Source of the DNA: Gemmatimonadaceae bacterium | GTDB taxonomy: Bacteria; Gemmatimonadota; Gemmatimonadetes; Gemmatimonadales; Gemmatimonadaceae | Reading direction: 5' to 3' | NCBI GenBank assembly: GCA_045803545.1 | Contig: JBJMOW010000005.1 | Location: 832,001-896,000, forward strand | DNA length: 64,000 bases | Part shown: in pieces, positions 1 through 10,348 of the stretch | Position numbering within the stretch: the stretch's first letter is position 1 | How the letters are laid out: every line of letters starts with the position of its first letter | Translations under genes and position numbers: made by a program | The notes under the pieces: model-generated | Seen by the model: the letters and a program-made list of their open reading frames with translations, nothing else | What the model was told of the DNA's origin: nothing | Databases searched by the model: none

Positions 1-2
1 TG

Positions 3-2519
3 GCCGAGGGTGAGTTCAAGCAGGCGCTGAGTCTATGCCCGAACGAACCGGGTGCGCTGACAGGAGCGGGTTATGTCGCAATGCGTCAGGGTCGGCTGCC
101 CGACGCGCGGGCTCTCTTTGCCAAGGCCATGGCGCGTGACTCCGGCTCTTATGACGCGGTAGCCGGTTCAGGCATGGCGGCGTATCGCGCCGGCGACAAG
201 AAAGCAGCACAGTCACGTTTTGAGCGTCTGCTCCGGATCGCGCCCAACGATTCGACAGCTCGCGACTACCTGACGCGGCTCGGCGCGATCTCGAGCGAGG
301 TAGTGCTTTCCAACCGCGCACGACCGGCTGTGATGACGATGCCCGCGAGGACCGGGCGAAGGATCATCGAGGTGCGAAGCGCCAACGGCCAATGGATGCC
401 GACCTGGATCAAAGCGGTTAACCTCGGCGCCGCTCTGCCTGGCAAGTTCGCGTCGGAGTTTCCGCCGAATGACAGCACGTACGAGAAATGGATCGCTTTA
501 ATCGCGCAGATGGGAGCGAACACCGTGCGCGTCTACACGATCCACCCGCCGCACTTCTATGCGGCGCTGAGAACATGGAATCTGGCGCACCCCAATCATC
601 CACTGTGGCTGATTCACGGAGTATGGACCGAGCCGCCACCCGGCAAATACGAGGAGAAGTACGACGATCCTCAGTGGCTGAACCAGTTCCAGCGCGAGAT
701 GCAGCACGTTGTCGCGCTGGTACACGGGGACGTAGCGATACCGGCGCTACCCGGGCATGCGAGCGGCAACTACAACGCCGACGTGTCGCAGTGGACAACC
801 GGATATATCGTCGGACGCGAATGGGAACCGTATTCCGTGGTCGGATACAACAAGCTGCATCCGCGCAACACGAGTTATGTGGGCAAGTACATCACGATCG
901 CTGGGAGCAATCCGCTGGAATCGTGGCTGGCGCAGCAGTGTGATTTCATCATCTCGTTCGAGATGGATCGTTACAACGCGCAGCGACCGATTGCCTACTC
1001 GAACTGGCCAACCCTGGATCCGCTTGATCATCCCACAGAAACCGGCAAAGCGCAGGAGATCGCGCTACTCAAAGCGCGCGGCGAAAAGATCGTCGAGATG
1101 CCGAAAGAGTACGACAACGATGCCGTTGGTCTGGACGCAGTGAAAATGCGAGCGACCTCGTTGTTCAACGCCGGCATTTTCGCTTCGTATCATGCGTATC
1201 CGTACTATCCGGAGTTCATGGTCGTAGATCCGGGATATCTGACAGCGCGCTCTCCGGAAGGCGCGAGCAACTACTTCGGATATTTGCGAGGGTTGGTATC
1301 GCACTACGGGGACATGCCCGTGGTGATCAGCGAATACGGCGTGCCTTCATCCCGTGGCAGCGCACACGTGCAGCCGCAGGGTTGGAACCATGGTGGATTG
1401 TCGGAGGCAGATCAGGCGCGCATCGACGCGCGACTGACTCGCGACATCTACGCTTCGGGCGCGGCGGGTGCGGGGCTGTTCTCGCTGATCGACGAATGGT
1501 TCAAGAAGAATTGGGTGGTCAGCGAGTTCGAACAGCCCTCGGATCGCAAGCGGATGTGGCTCAATACTCTCGACGCTGAGGAGAACTACGGCGTAGTCGC
1601 GATGCGCGCCGGCGCGCTGGGTGCGGCGCCGGTCATCGACGGCGACACCAGTGATTGGCGTGGGCGTCCGGCGTTGTATTCAGCGCAGAGCGCGCGCAAA
1701 CCGACCGACCCATTGCGACTGAAAGCCCTGCGGGTCGCGTATGACGAAGCCTATGTGTACCTGCGATTGGACGTCGGTAAGATCGACTGGAGCCGCGCGC
1801 ATTACCAGATCGGCGTTGACACTTATCAGCACCAGCTCGGCGACACGCGGCTACCGAACACCGGTTCGAAGTCGCCCGTTGGCGTCGAGTTCGTGATCGA
1901 CCTCGGCGGTCCGAATGCCAGCCAGGTACTTATCGATCATCCGTACAACCTCTCCAAGCCGATGCTGATTCCGGGTAGCAAGCCGATGGCGATTCAATAC
2001 GTGAACAATGCGCCATTCAAAACCGTCGGCAACGACGCTGGCAAGTGGGACTCGCTGGTGGTAGTGACGAATCGCAGACGCATCAGCCGCGACGGAAAAA
2101 TTTTTCCATCGATCAGCTACAATCGAAATCGACTGCTTTATGCGAAGCAGTCAGAGACGACGCTCGCCGACTGGTACACGAACGACGCGACCGGAGTGAT
2201 CGAGATACGCGTACCGTGGGGAATACTGCAGGTGACGGATCCATCATCCCGTAGCGTGCTGTTCGGGATGGCCGACTCCGTAACTCCTGCCACCGCGGTC
2301 ACGGATGGATTTCGGTTCCTAGTGGAGAGCTATGATCCATCAAATCGTGGAACGACGGGCGATCAAATGCCGCGTGGCGGCAGCACCGGAACGTTCGCCA
2401 ATCCGAGTACCTGGACCTGGCCGATCTGGGAAACGCCGCACTGGCACTCCGAGATCAAACCGCTGTTCGGCGCGATGCAGCAGACATTCGGGCAGATACC
2501 CGAACATCCTCAGCGCTGA
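3..2519 (+). CDS. TPR-containing putative glycoside hydrolase (clan GH-A-like TIM barrel plus C-terminal beta-sandwich), 5'-truncated by window edge
   Basis: Frame is open from position 3 (AEGEFKQALSLCPNEPGAL..., TPR-like). Motifs VNLG, MGANTVRVYT, GREWEP, YHAYPYYP and ISEYG fit a GH-A-like barrel. IDGDTSDW begins a CBM/glucodextranase-like domain. Confidence 0.65.
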   Translation, partial: AEGEFKQALSLCPNEPGALTGAGYVAMRQGRLPDARALFAKAMARDSGSYDAVAGSGMAAYRAGDKKAAQSRFERLLRIAPNDSTARDYLTRLGAISSEVVLSNRARPAVMTMPARTGRRIIEVRSANGQWMPTWIKAVNLGAALPGKFASEFPPNDSTYEKWIALIAQMGANTVRVYTIHPPHFYAALRTWNLAHPNHPLWLIHGVWTEPPPGKYEEKYDDPQWLNQFQREMQHVVALVHGDVAIPALPGHASGNYNADVSQWTTGYIVGREWEPYSVVGYNKLHPRNTSYVGKYITIAGSNPLESWLAQQCDFIISFEMDRYNAQRPIAYSNWPTLDPLDHPTETGKAQEIALLKARGEKIVEMPKEYDNDAVGLDAVKMRATSLFNAGIFASYHAYPYYPEFMVVDPGYLTARSPEGASNYFGYLRGLVSHYGDMPVVISEYGVPSSRGSAHVQPQGWNHGGLSEADQARIDARLTRDIYASGAAGAGLFSLIDEWFKKNWVVSEFEQPSDRKRMWLNTLDAEENYGVVAMRAGALGAAPVIDGDTSDWRGRPALYSAQSARKPTDPLRLKALRVAYDEAYVYLRLDVGKIDWSRAHYQIGVDTYQHQLGDTRLPNTGSKSPVGVEFVIDLGGPNASQVLIDHPYNLSKPMLIPGSKPMAIQYVNNAPFKTVGNDAGKWDSLVVVTNRRRISRDGKIFPSISYNRNRLLYAKQSETTLADWYTNDATGVIEIRVPWGILQVTDPSSRSVLFGMADSVTPATAVTDGFRFLVESYDPSNRGTTGDQMPRGGSTGTFANPSTWTWPIWETPHWHSEIKPLFGAMQQTFGQIPEHPQR

Positions 2520-2534
2520 GCCAACTCGAGGCGG

Positions 2535-4316
2535 TTAGAAACCCAGCCGCGCGCGGAGTGAGAATGTGTACCAGTGGTACTCGCTGCCGGTCGTCTGGGT
2601 CGGACCGGCGACGTTTGCGTACAAGCCCGACGCGCTGATTTCGCGCGCGGGATCGAAGCGATAGCCCAGGGATAGGGCGCCGCGCTCCGTCGTTCGGGTT
2701 GTCGCGCTCGACCCGAAGAACTCGATCCTTTGGCTCCCGAGCGCTGCTTCCGCATCGGAGAACCAACCCAGGTTCGCCCCCACGTGCCCGCGGGTACTGA
2801 GCTCGCCGAGGGTATAGCTGCGTGGCGCGAAATAGCCGTCGGTCGTTGTCGTGTCGTAGCCGAAGCGGCGTCCGCCGATGGCCACGCTCCAGTTGCGGCT
2901 CTGGTTCCAGCGCAACGCGCCATTGAAAGCGGCTCGTGAGTTATCGCGGCTGCCACCGGTGAGGCGGGCGTACGACCCCGCTCCCGAGAGGGTGAGGCGA
3001 GCGGGAAGCGCGATCGCCGCTTCACCGCCGTATTCCGAGATCACCACGTTGTTGGCGATGAGCAGCGCGGTTTCGTCAAACGGTGCGCGCACTACGCTCG
3101 CCCCGAGGGTGAGATCGCGTCCTACCTTCCCTGAGATTCCTCCGCCCGCGCTCCAAAGCGTCTTCTTCGGTGGCGTAATAAAAGTCGAGGAGTGCGACGT
3201 GACTCCGCCTTCTGCGCGCAATTGCCAGGATGTCCCAATCGGCTGCCAACGCCCAAAGAGGTTGAAAGCATCGGCACGAGAGTCGATCGCCGCAAAATTC
3301 GCGTGGCGATCGGTGAACCGCGCGCCAACCAATCCTTCCCACCAGGCTCTGCTCGCATACTCTGCCGACAGAATCGTCGAGCGATTGTTGTCGCTGTCGT
3401 TGATACCTGTACCGCTCAGACTAACGCTCGGCCGCAGATCCGCCTGCACCCAGCGCATCAAGGCACGTGCATCACCGTAGCTCGGATTCGAGCGTAGCGC
3501 TTGTTGCAGCGTTGATTCCGCGTCCGTCTGCCGCCCTTCCCAACTCAGCACTTGAGCGAGGCCCGTGAGAGCTTCCGGATCGTTCGGATCGGTCTGGAGC
3601 ACGCGACGCCAGGTGGCCTCGCTGCGTTCCAGGTCTCCTCTCCAACCAATCACACGAGCGAGGCCTTTGGTTGCCGCCGCATTCCCGGTGCGGGACAACT
3701 CTCCGTAGCGCGCTTCCGCCTCGTCGAGCTGCCCATTCCAGGCGAGCGTGCGGGCGTACGCGATCGCAGCGTCGCGATCCGTCGGGTTGTCGCGCAACCA
3801 CGCACGATATGCGTCAAGGGATTCCCTGGTTCGACCGGCCCACGCCAGCGTCTGCGCGCGATCGACATTGGCGTCGCGAACACGTTTGCGGGCGGCGATC
3901 AGGCCGTCATAGATGGCGATCGCCGAATCATAGTGAGCGCCCCAGGCAAGGGTTCGTGCTAGCGCGAGGCTGCCCTCCGCGTCGGCCGGCTCCTGTCGGA
4001 TGTACTGCCGATACAAGGCAACCGCTTCGTCCAGTCTGTTGTCCCACGAGCGCAGGGTTGCGAGTCGGAAAACTGCAATCGAAGCAGGCGGATTGTCATG
4101 CGTGACTACCCACTGGTAAAGATCTGCAGCCATCGAGTACGAACCTGCTCGATACGCACTCTCGGCGCGGGCCAGTGCGACCCTTCCCTGGCCGGGCTGC
4201 AATGAGCCGGTGTAAGGAGAAAGCGTCGAGTTGACCGGAGCCTGTTGCGCCGTAGCACAAGCAGCTAGAACAGCGATGGTGAGTGGTGCAAGGCGAAAGC
4301 TGATTATTGTACGCAT
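2535..4316 (-). CDS. Lipoprotein with multiple TPRs and C-terminal outer-membrane beta-barrel (PgaA/BcsC-like architecture)
   Basis: Lipobox VLAAC; repeated LARxLxW TPR units; amphipathic beta-strand C-terminus ending in RLGF. Confidence 0.7.
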   Translation of the reverse strand: MRTIISFRLAPLTIAVLAACATAQQAPVNSTLSPYTGSLQPGQGRVALARAESAYRAGSYSMAADLYQWVVTHDNPPASIAVFRLATLRSWDNRLDEAVALYRQYIRQEPADAEGSLALARTLAWGAHYDSAIAIYDGLIAARKRVRDANVDRAQTLAWAGRTRESLDAYRAWLRDNPTDRDAAIAYARTLAWNGQLDEAEARYGELSRTGNAAATKGLARVIGWRGDLERSEATWRRVLQTDPNDPEALTGLAQVLSWEGRQTDAESTLQQALRSNPSYGDARALMRWVQADLRPSVSLSGTGINDSDNNRSTILSAEYASRAWWEGLVGARFTDRHANFAAIDSRADAFNLFGRWQPIGTSWQLRAEGGVTSHSSTFITPPKKTLWSAGGGISGKVGRDLTLGASVVRAPFDETALLIANNVVISEYGGEAAIALPARLTLSGAGSYARLTGGSRDNSRAAFNGALRWNQSRNWSVAIGGRRFGYDTTTTDGYFAPRSYTLGELSTRGHVGANLGWFSDAEAALGSQRIEFFGSSATTRTTERGALSLGYRFDPAREISASGLYANVAGPTQTTGSEYHWYTFSLRARLGF

Positions 4317-4434
4317 GACTGCAGGGGCTATTTGTCGGGGGACTCGAACACCGGGAAGTACCGGGGATTGTCCCTATGAACAGACGAAATAGCGGGCGTT
4401 GTATAACGCTTTGGCCACCCGGGCCTTTGGCCGG

Positions 4435-6498
4435 CTAGAGCACGCTCCAGAAATCCCTGCCAACGTCGATCGAGAACGTCCATCGCCCCTGGCGTAGTCC
4501 ACGAGCGACGTCGAATCGCAGCACGTCGAAGACGGTCAGGGCGCCGAGGCCGAGGGCCGGGTACCAACCCTGGCGGTCCGTCTTGAATGTGGCGGACCTG
4601 TCAACCCACACCGCGGTCGCAAATGGAGCAAGTGTGATGGTGCCGGGGGTACGGCCGAACCGTCCCAGCGGAATCGGGACAAACGGGGCCAGGAAACGAT
4701 ACTCGATCCGCTGGCTAACTCCGCCCCGACCGACGAATTCATGGAATTCGTATCCGGGATCAGTCGTCGGCCCGCCGAAGTACACGAGATGCTGAGCCGG
4801 CGCCGCGTCGCTTCCGAAGATTGCGGCGGCCGTTGTGTGCCAAACGAACCGGCTCTCGCCAAAGGGCTTCTGGAGATCGAGCGTCAATGAGGGCCGCAGG
4901 AAATCTCCGCGGAACGAATCAGACGGGTTTTCCTGGCGAATTCCCGCGACGTCGAGATGTGCCGCCATCTCGAGCCCGCCCCACGTCAACGCGGTTGGAT
5001 GGTCGAGACCCATGGTCACTCGCGCTTCGTGCAGCTCGAGCGCGGGAATGGCGAGCTCGAAGCTGCCACTCGCGGGGGTTGCGTGTACCTGAAGCGGTTT
5101 GTGCTGCTCGTAGGCCAGATCGAAAGAAGGCCGCCACCCGAATCCCGCCAGCTCGCCGGAGAGTGAGACCGTTCGAGCGTCATACAGATCGGTGTAGTCG
5201 CTGCCAAATTCCTGTGCAGCAATGCTGTTTCTGACGAGCGACGTTTCCTGCTCATCGCTCACGTCGCGGTATTGTCGCTCCCCGGCGAGCGCGAGAAATG
5301 ACCCTGCACCGGTGCGGTATTCGAGGGCTGCCCGGCCCTTCCACTGCTTATCGCTGAAGCCATAGCGGCCTGAGGCTGCAACGGCGAATCCTGCACCGAG
5401 TCGCTGAATGAGCCCGGTACCCAGCGCGAGCCCCTCGATACGATTGAACCGCACCATATCCGACAGGTGGCGGGCAGACAGCGCGAAACTCCGGCTGCGC
5501 TGCAGCGCCTGACTACGCACCAATGCGCGAGCTTCCTCCTGCACCTTCTTTACATCGGCATCGGTGACGGCGCGAACGTCGGACGGAAGTGAGTCGAGAA
5601 CTTTGCCGACGAACGGATATGGCTTCTGCGCGCGCTCGGCGGGCGGCGCCATCACGATCTCAGGACCGTTGAAATAGGTGGCCGGAATACCCTGGTTGAT
5701 ATCGTAGCAGCAGATTTCCCAGCGGCCACGAATGATTCCGCGCGCCGGATAGTCGAGCCACGATCCGGTGCGCCTGATTTCGATCTCCTGCCTTCGCGGT
5801 AGCCAATAGCGGCCTTCGATCAGTGCGTTCTCGAGCACTACGGAGACATCTTCGAGATCCTTGTCGATCAGCGCCGCGCGCGTGAAGCTGAATGTCATCC
5901 TCACGACATCGCTTGATTCACGGTCGATGTAAACCGAGCCGACGGTGCGGGGCTGGCGATCATCCTTCGGCCTCACGCGCACCTCATAAACATCGAGCAC
6001 GCGATCGCCTAATCGGATCTGCAGCGAGTCGCGGATGGCAAAGTCGTAAACCTGCAACCCGGTTGGCGACAACGGATGAGGAACGTCCTTGACTTCATCA
6101 CCTTCGCCGATGCGGATGATATTGCGGAAGTTGTTCTGAACGATGCCGAGGTGATCGCGGTGATAATTGATGTCGGTAGGTAACAACAGTGTATCGCGGC
6201 GACCCATGATGCGCTGCTTGCTCAGATCGGGCGCGCGCCAGTAGACTTCCAAACCCAACTCGTCCGCCTTTACGATCTTCGGTGGCTCCGGAAAACCCTC
6301 TCCAAATTGCGCCAGGAAAGTGACATAACCGTGCGCCGTCGCCTTGTAGTCGACGAGCGTAGTGTCGGCGATCTGACTCGCTCTGCGCTCAGTGGCACGC
6401 GTAACGAGCGCGAGTGTCCGCGGATCGTTCCACGCCTGCTGTGCAATAAGCGTCTGGGAAAACATCACCAGCGCGACGCCAGGGCCGACCAGTCTCAT
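4435..6498 (-). CDS. Secreted/outer-membrane hypothetical protein with probable C-terminal beta-barrel
   Basis: 687 aa ORF, signal peptide, alternating beta-strand pattern in C-terminal half. Confidence 0.6.
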   Translation of the reverse strand: MRLVGPGVALVMFSQTLIAQQAWNDPRTLALVTRATERRASQIADTTLVDYKATAHGYVTFLAQFGEGFPEPPKIVKADELGLEVYWRAPDLSKQRIMGRRDTLLLPTDINYHRDHLGIVQNNFRNIIRIGEGDEVKDVPHPLSPTGLQVYDFAIRDSLQIRLGDRVLDVYEVRVRPKDDRQPRTVGSVYIDRESSDVVRMTFSFTRAALIDKDLEDVSVVLENALIEGRYWLPRRQEIEIRRTGSWLDYPARGIIRGRWEICCYDINQGIPATYFNGPEIVMAPPAERAQKPYPFVGKVLDSLPSDVRAVTDADVKKVQEEARALVRSQALQRSRSFALSARHLSDMVRFNRIEGLALGTGLIQRLGAGFAVAASGRYGFSDKQWKGRAALEYRTGAGSFLALAGERQYRDVSDEQETSLVRNSIAAQEFGSDYTDLYDARTVSLSGELAGFGWRPSFDLAYEQHKPLQVHATPASGSFELAIPALELHEARVTMGLDHPTALTWGGLEMAAHLDVAGIRQENPSDSFRGDFLRPSLTLDLQKPFGESRFVWHTTAAAIFGSDAAPAQHLVYFGGPTTDPGYEFHEFVGRGGVSQRIEYRFLAPFVPIPLGRFGRTPGTITLAPFATAVWVDRSATFKTDRQGWYPALGLGALTVFDVLRFDVARGLRQGRWTFSIDVGRDFWSVL

Positions 6499-6545
6499 GA
6501 GCGAAAGTTAGTCGCCAGATCAGACCGCCGGTCGGGCGTCTTTTC

Positions 6546-8036
6546 ATGAGCTTCGACGATTTCAAACAGCGGGCGCAAACCGCCACGCTGGTTCCGGTGT
6601 GGAAGGACTGCCTGCTCGACACCGACACGCCAGTGACAGCGTTCGCGAAGATCAAGAGAGGGCCGTTCGCTTTTTTGCTGGAATCCGCGCCCGCCGGCGG
6701 CGAGACGTGGTCGCGTTACACTTTCCTCGGCACCGAGCCGCGCGGCGCGTGGAGACTGAAAGACGGACTCGTCGAAGATTGGACCCCGAATCAGGGGTGG
6801 CACAATTCGCGACGCTCACCCGATCCGATCGCGGATTTGTCATCATTGATCAACGATGTCTGCCCCGCTGACGTCGCGGCACTCGGCCAGTTCTGGGGCG
6901 GAGCGATTGGGTATTTCAGCTACGACATCGTGCGCCTGATCGAGCGGCTTCCCAATCGCCCACCAAACGGCATCGCGGTGCCCGACGCTCTGTTCATCTT
7001 CACGCGATCGCTCGTTATTCTGGACAACCTGCATGGCCGCGCACGTCTCGTGATTTCCGTCCCGGTCAGCCAGGGCGCGAGCGAGCAAGAGCTGCGCGCC
7101 GCGTACGACGACGCCATCGGTGAGCTCGACGATCTATTGAAAAGACTGATGCAGACGGCTCCGATCAAGCCAATCGCGCCGGACTTTGCAGCGAAGCCAT
7201 CCGAGGGCCAGTCGAGCATGAGCCGCACGGAGTTCATGGCTGGGGTGGAACGGATCAAGGAATACATCCGCGCCGGCGATTGTTTTCAGGCACTTCTGGC
7301 GCGGCGCATCGAGGTGCCGGCTGATTTTGCGGCGATCGATCTTTATCGCGCCCTGCGCGCGATCAATCCATCTCCGTACATGTACCATCTCGTTCTCGAC
7401 GGCGTGGAAATTGTCGGTAGCTCGCCCGAGCTGCTGGTGCGCGTGTCCGACGGCAAAATCACTCTCCGGCCGATCGCGGGCACGCGTCCACGGGGTGTTA
7501 GCATCGAGGACGACCAGCGTCTATCGGACGAATTGCTCGCCGATGAGAAGGAGCGCGCCGAGCACGTGATGCTGGTCGATCTGGGCAGAAACGACGTCGG
7601 GCGAGTGGCGAAGTATGGGACAGTCAAAGTCACCGAGCTGATGAAAGTGGAGAAATATTCGCACGTGCTGCACATCGTCAGTCAGGTGGAGGCTGATCTG
7701 AACGACGGAATGTCCGCGCTCGATGTCTTCTCGGCGACGTTTCCAGCCGGAACAATGACGGGCGCTCCGAAGATTCGGGCGATGGAAATCATCGACGAGC
7801 TGGAGCCTGTTGCTCGCGGACCTTACGCGGGAGCACTCGGCTACATCGCGGCCGGTGGGAAGCGGATGGATCTCGCTATTACGATCCGTACGTGCGTGAT
7901 CAACGGCGGAAGTGCTACGGTCCAGGCCGGCGCGGGGATCGTCGCCGACTCGGTGCCAGAGCGCGAGTGGGACGAGACGACGAGCAAAGCCAAGGCGTTG
8001 CTGAGCGCGATCGCGGCTGTGCGCGGCAAATCCTGA
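6546..8036 (+). CDS. trpE: Anthranilate synthase component I
   Basis: FLLES, NPSPYMY, PIAGTRPRG, EHVMLVDLGRND, GAPKIRAM, QAGAGIVADS motifs. Confidence 0.9.
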   Translation: MSFDDFKQRAQTATLVPVWKDCLLDTDTPVTAFAKIKRGPFAFLLESAPAGGETWSRYTFLGTEPRGAWRLKDGLVEDWTPNQGWHNSRRSPDPIADLSSLINDVCPADVAALGQFWGGAIGYFSYDIVRLIERLPNRPPNGIAVPDALFIFTRSLVILDNLHGRARLVISVPVSQGASEQELRAAYDDAIGELDDLLKRLMQTAPIKPIAPDFAAKPSEGQSSMSRTEFMAGVERIKEYIRAGDCFQALLARRIEVPADFAAIDLYRALRAINPSPYMYHLVLDGVEIVGSSPELLVRVSDGKITLRPIAGTRPRGVSIEDDQRLSDELLADEKERAEHVMLVDLGRNDVGRVAKYGTVKVTELMKVEKYSHVLHIVSQVEADLNDGMSALDVFSATFPAGTMTGAPKIRAMEIIDELEPVARGPYAGALGYIAAGGKRMDLAITIRTCVINGGSATVQAGAGIVADSVPEREWDETTSKAKALLSAIAAVRGKS

Positions 8037-8037
8037 G

Positions 8038-8796
8038 ATGATCGTCGCGCTCAGCATTCCGTCGTATGAGCGATTCGAGATTAACGGCGCGCGGGCAGTC
8101 GTCGCCAAGAGCTGCGCCGCAAGTATACGCCAGGTGCTGGAGCGAGAAGCGCTATACGATTACGCCGCGCGGCAGGCTGACGCCGTGCCGCTCATTGGCA
8201 GAGCGCCGGTGTTTGCCGTCACACTGCCGGGAATCGGTGGACGGGCAGTGGTGCGCCACAACATGCGCGGTGGGTGGATGGCCAAGGTCTCGAAGGACTT
8301 GTTCTTCCTTCCAACGCGTGGGTTCCGCGAGCTAATCGCGTCGCTCCGACTGCGGGCGAGTGGCGTCAGTACGCCCGAGGTGCTGGCGTACATCTCCTAT
8401 CCGAAGAATCTGGTACTGCGACGAGCTGACGTCGCAACGCGTGAGATTCCCAATGGCCACGATCTGTCAGTCGCCCTGGCGAAGATCACCGACCACGCCC
8501 ATCGGAGAATGGTGCTCGATGCAGTCGTCGGACTGCTGCGAGCGCTGACCCAGGCAGGCGCGTATCATCAGGACCTCAATATCAAGAACATTCTGCTGAC
8601 GGCCGGCGACGGTCCTGGGCTGGACGCGCATGTCCTCGACGTCGACCGCGTGCGGTTCAGTGCCCCGAGCTCACCACTTGTCGCGCAGGCAAATCTGGAT
8701 CGCTTGATTCGATCGCTGCGCAAATGGCGGGATTTGCACGAGCTTCCTTTTTCGGCGGAAGACGAGGAATACCTGCGGCTGCGGAGCGTGGAGTGA
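8038..8796 (+). CDS. Kdo/lipopolysaccharide kinase family protein (KdkA/InaA-like)
   Basis: VVRHxxRGG, HQDLNIKNIL catalytic loop, LDVD, NLDRLIRSLRK. Confidence 0.8.
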   Translation: MIVALSIPSYERFEINGARAVVAKSCAASIRQVLEREALYDYAARQADAVPLIGRAPVFAVTLPGIGGRAVVRHNMRGGWMAKVSKDLFFLPTRGFRELIASLRLRASGVSTPEVLAYISYPKNLVLRRADVATREIPNGHDLSVALAKITDHAHRRMVLDAVVGLLRALTQAGAYHQDLNIKNILLTAGDGPGLDAHVLDVDRVRFSAPSSPLVAQANLDRLIRSLRKWRDLHELPFSAEDEEYLRLRSVE

Positions 8797-9842
8797 GCGC
8801 GCAAGCCGCGGCAGTTGTGCCCGACAACATTTGCATCGTGATGATGAGCGCTGTCGGAGACGCCGTGCACGTGCTGCCGGTGATCAACGCTCTCAAAAGA
8901 GTGAATCCCGGCGTACGTATCACCTGGATCCTCCAGCCAGGGCCAGCGACCCTCGTCCGGGGGCATCGCTCCGTCGACGAGATCATACTCTTCGATCGAA
9001 CGCGGGGCTTGCGCGCTTTCTCATCTGTTGCGCGAGAGCTGTCCCGCCGCCGCTTCGATCTGGTGATCAATCTCCAGGTTTATCTCAAAGCGGGCATAGT
9101 CACGGGCTTCACCAACGCACCGGACAAGCTCGGCTTCGATCGCGCCCGCGCCCGCGACATGAATTGGTTGTTCACCAATCGGAGAATCGCGAAGCGCGCA
9201 GTGCAGCACGTGCAGGATCAATACTTCGAGTTTCTAACGGCGCTCGGCGTCTCACCGGAGCCAGTCGAATGGGATCTTGGGCCCTGGCCGGACGAAAGGC
9301 CTTGGCAACAAAGCTTCGTCGAATCAGTCGACCGCCCGATAGCATCCATCGTCACTGCGACGAGCAAGCCCGAAAAGGACTGGCCCGCCGAACGCTGGGC
9401 CGAGGTTGCGGACGCGCTAAACGAGAACTTTGGGTTGCAGGTCGTGCTCGTCGGAGGACAGTCTGATCGTGAGCTGGAGGCGGAGCGTGTGATACTGACG
9501 CGCGCCCGACACAAGCCTCGCTCAGAACTTGGCAGCGGATTGCGCAAGCTTGTGTCTATACTCGATGCGTCATCGCTAGTGCTCTCCCCTGATACGGGTC
9601 CGTTGCACATCAGCGTGGCGCTCAATCGGCCGGTGATCAGCTTGATGGGCTACACGAATCCGAGGCGGACCGGCCCATACCGACGCTTCCAGGATCTGAT
9701 CATTGATGCCTATGGCGATCCGGGTGAGGAGTACGCGATCACGATGGAAAACAGGCCGGGCAGAATGAAGCGCATCCAGACGGGCGATGTGCTGGAGAAA
9801 GTCGAGGTTTGGCGCGATCGCTATCAGAAGAGCGGCAGATGA
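8793..9842 (+). CDS. Glycosyltransferase family 9 (LPS heptosyltransferase-like)
   Basis: SAVGDAVH, KDWP, DTGPLHIS motifs; GTG start overlaps upstream TGA (GTGA). Confidence 0.88.
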   Translation: MSAQAAAVVPDNICIVMMSAVGDAVHVLPVINALKRVNPGVRITWILQPGPATLVRGHRSVDEIILFDRTRGLRAFSSVARELSRRRFDLVINLQVYLKAGIVTGFTNAPDKLGFDRARARDMNWLFTNRRIAKRAVQHVQDQYFEFLTALGVSPEPVEWDLGPWPDERPWQQSFVESVDRPIASIVTATSKPEKDWPAERWAEVADALNENFGLQVVLVGGQSDRELEAERVILTRARHKPRSELGSGLRKLVSILDASSLVLSPDTGPLHISVALNRPVISLMGYTNPRRTGPYRRFQDLIIDAYGDPGEEYAITMENRPGRMKRIQTGDVLEKVEVWRDRYQKSGR

Positions 9843-10330
9843 CGCCGCGCAAATCGGAGGGGTCCAAGCCCAAAGGACCGGTGATCAAAATCCCGATCCG
9901 CGATCAGACTTCCGCGGGTGGTGTCGTGTTCCGGCGGGACGCCGATCGCGCAGAAGTCGTGATCGTAGCGGTGGGACCGAACAACCGCTGGCAGCTACCG
10001 AAAGGTCTGGTCGACAAGAATGAAAAGCCCGAGGTGACGGCGGTGCGTGAAGCGCGCGAGGAAGGCGGTGTCGACAGTGAAATCGTTTCGCACATTGACA
10101 CAATCGAATACTGGTACGCGGGCCTCGAGAATGGGATCAGAGTGCGATTCCACAAGCGCGTCCACTTCTATCTGATGCGATATCTGTCAGGCGAGACGAA
10201 GGACCATGACTGGGAGGTCAACGAGGCACGGTGGGTGCCGATCGAAGACGCGGCGGCGCAGCTCGAATTCGACAACGAGAAACGCGTCATGGAGCGCGCT
10301 GCCGAGTTGATCCGCGAGGAGCGGTCGTAG
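9839..10330 (+). CDS. NUDIX hydrolase
   Basis: Nudix box LPKGxxxxxExxxxxAxREAREEGG; ATGA overlap with upstream gene. Confidence 0.9.
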   Translation: MTPRKSEGSKPKGPVIKIPIRDQTSAGGVVFRRDADRAEVVIVAVGPNNRWQLPKGLVDKNEKPEVTAVREAREEGGVDSEIVSHIDTIEYWYAGLENGIRVRFHKRVHFYLMRYLSGETKDHDWEVNEARWVPIEDAAAQLEFDNEKRVMERAAELIREERS

Positions 10331-10348
10331 ACTTCAGATCGGGGTGGG

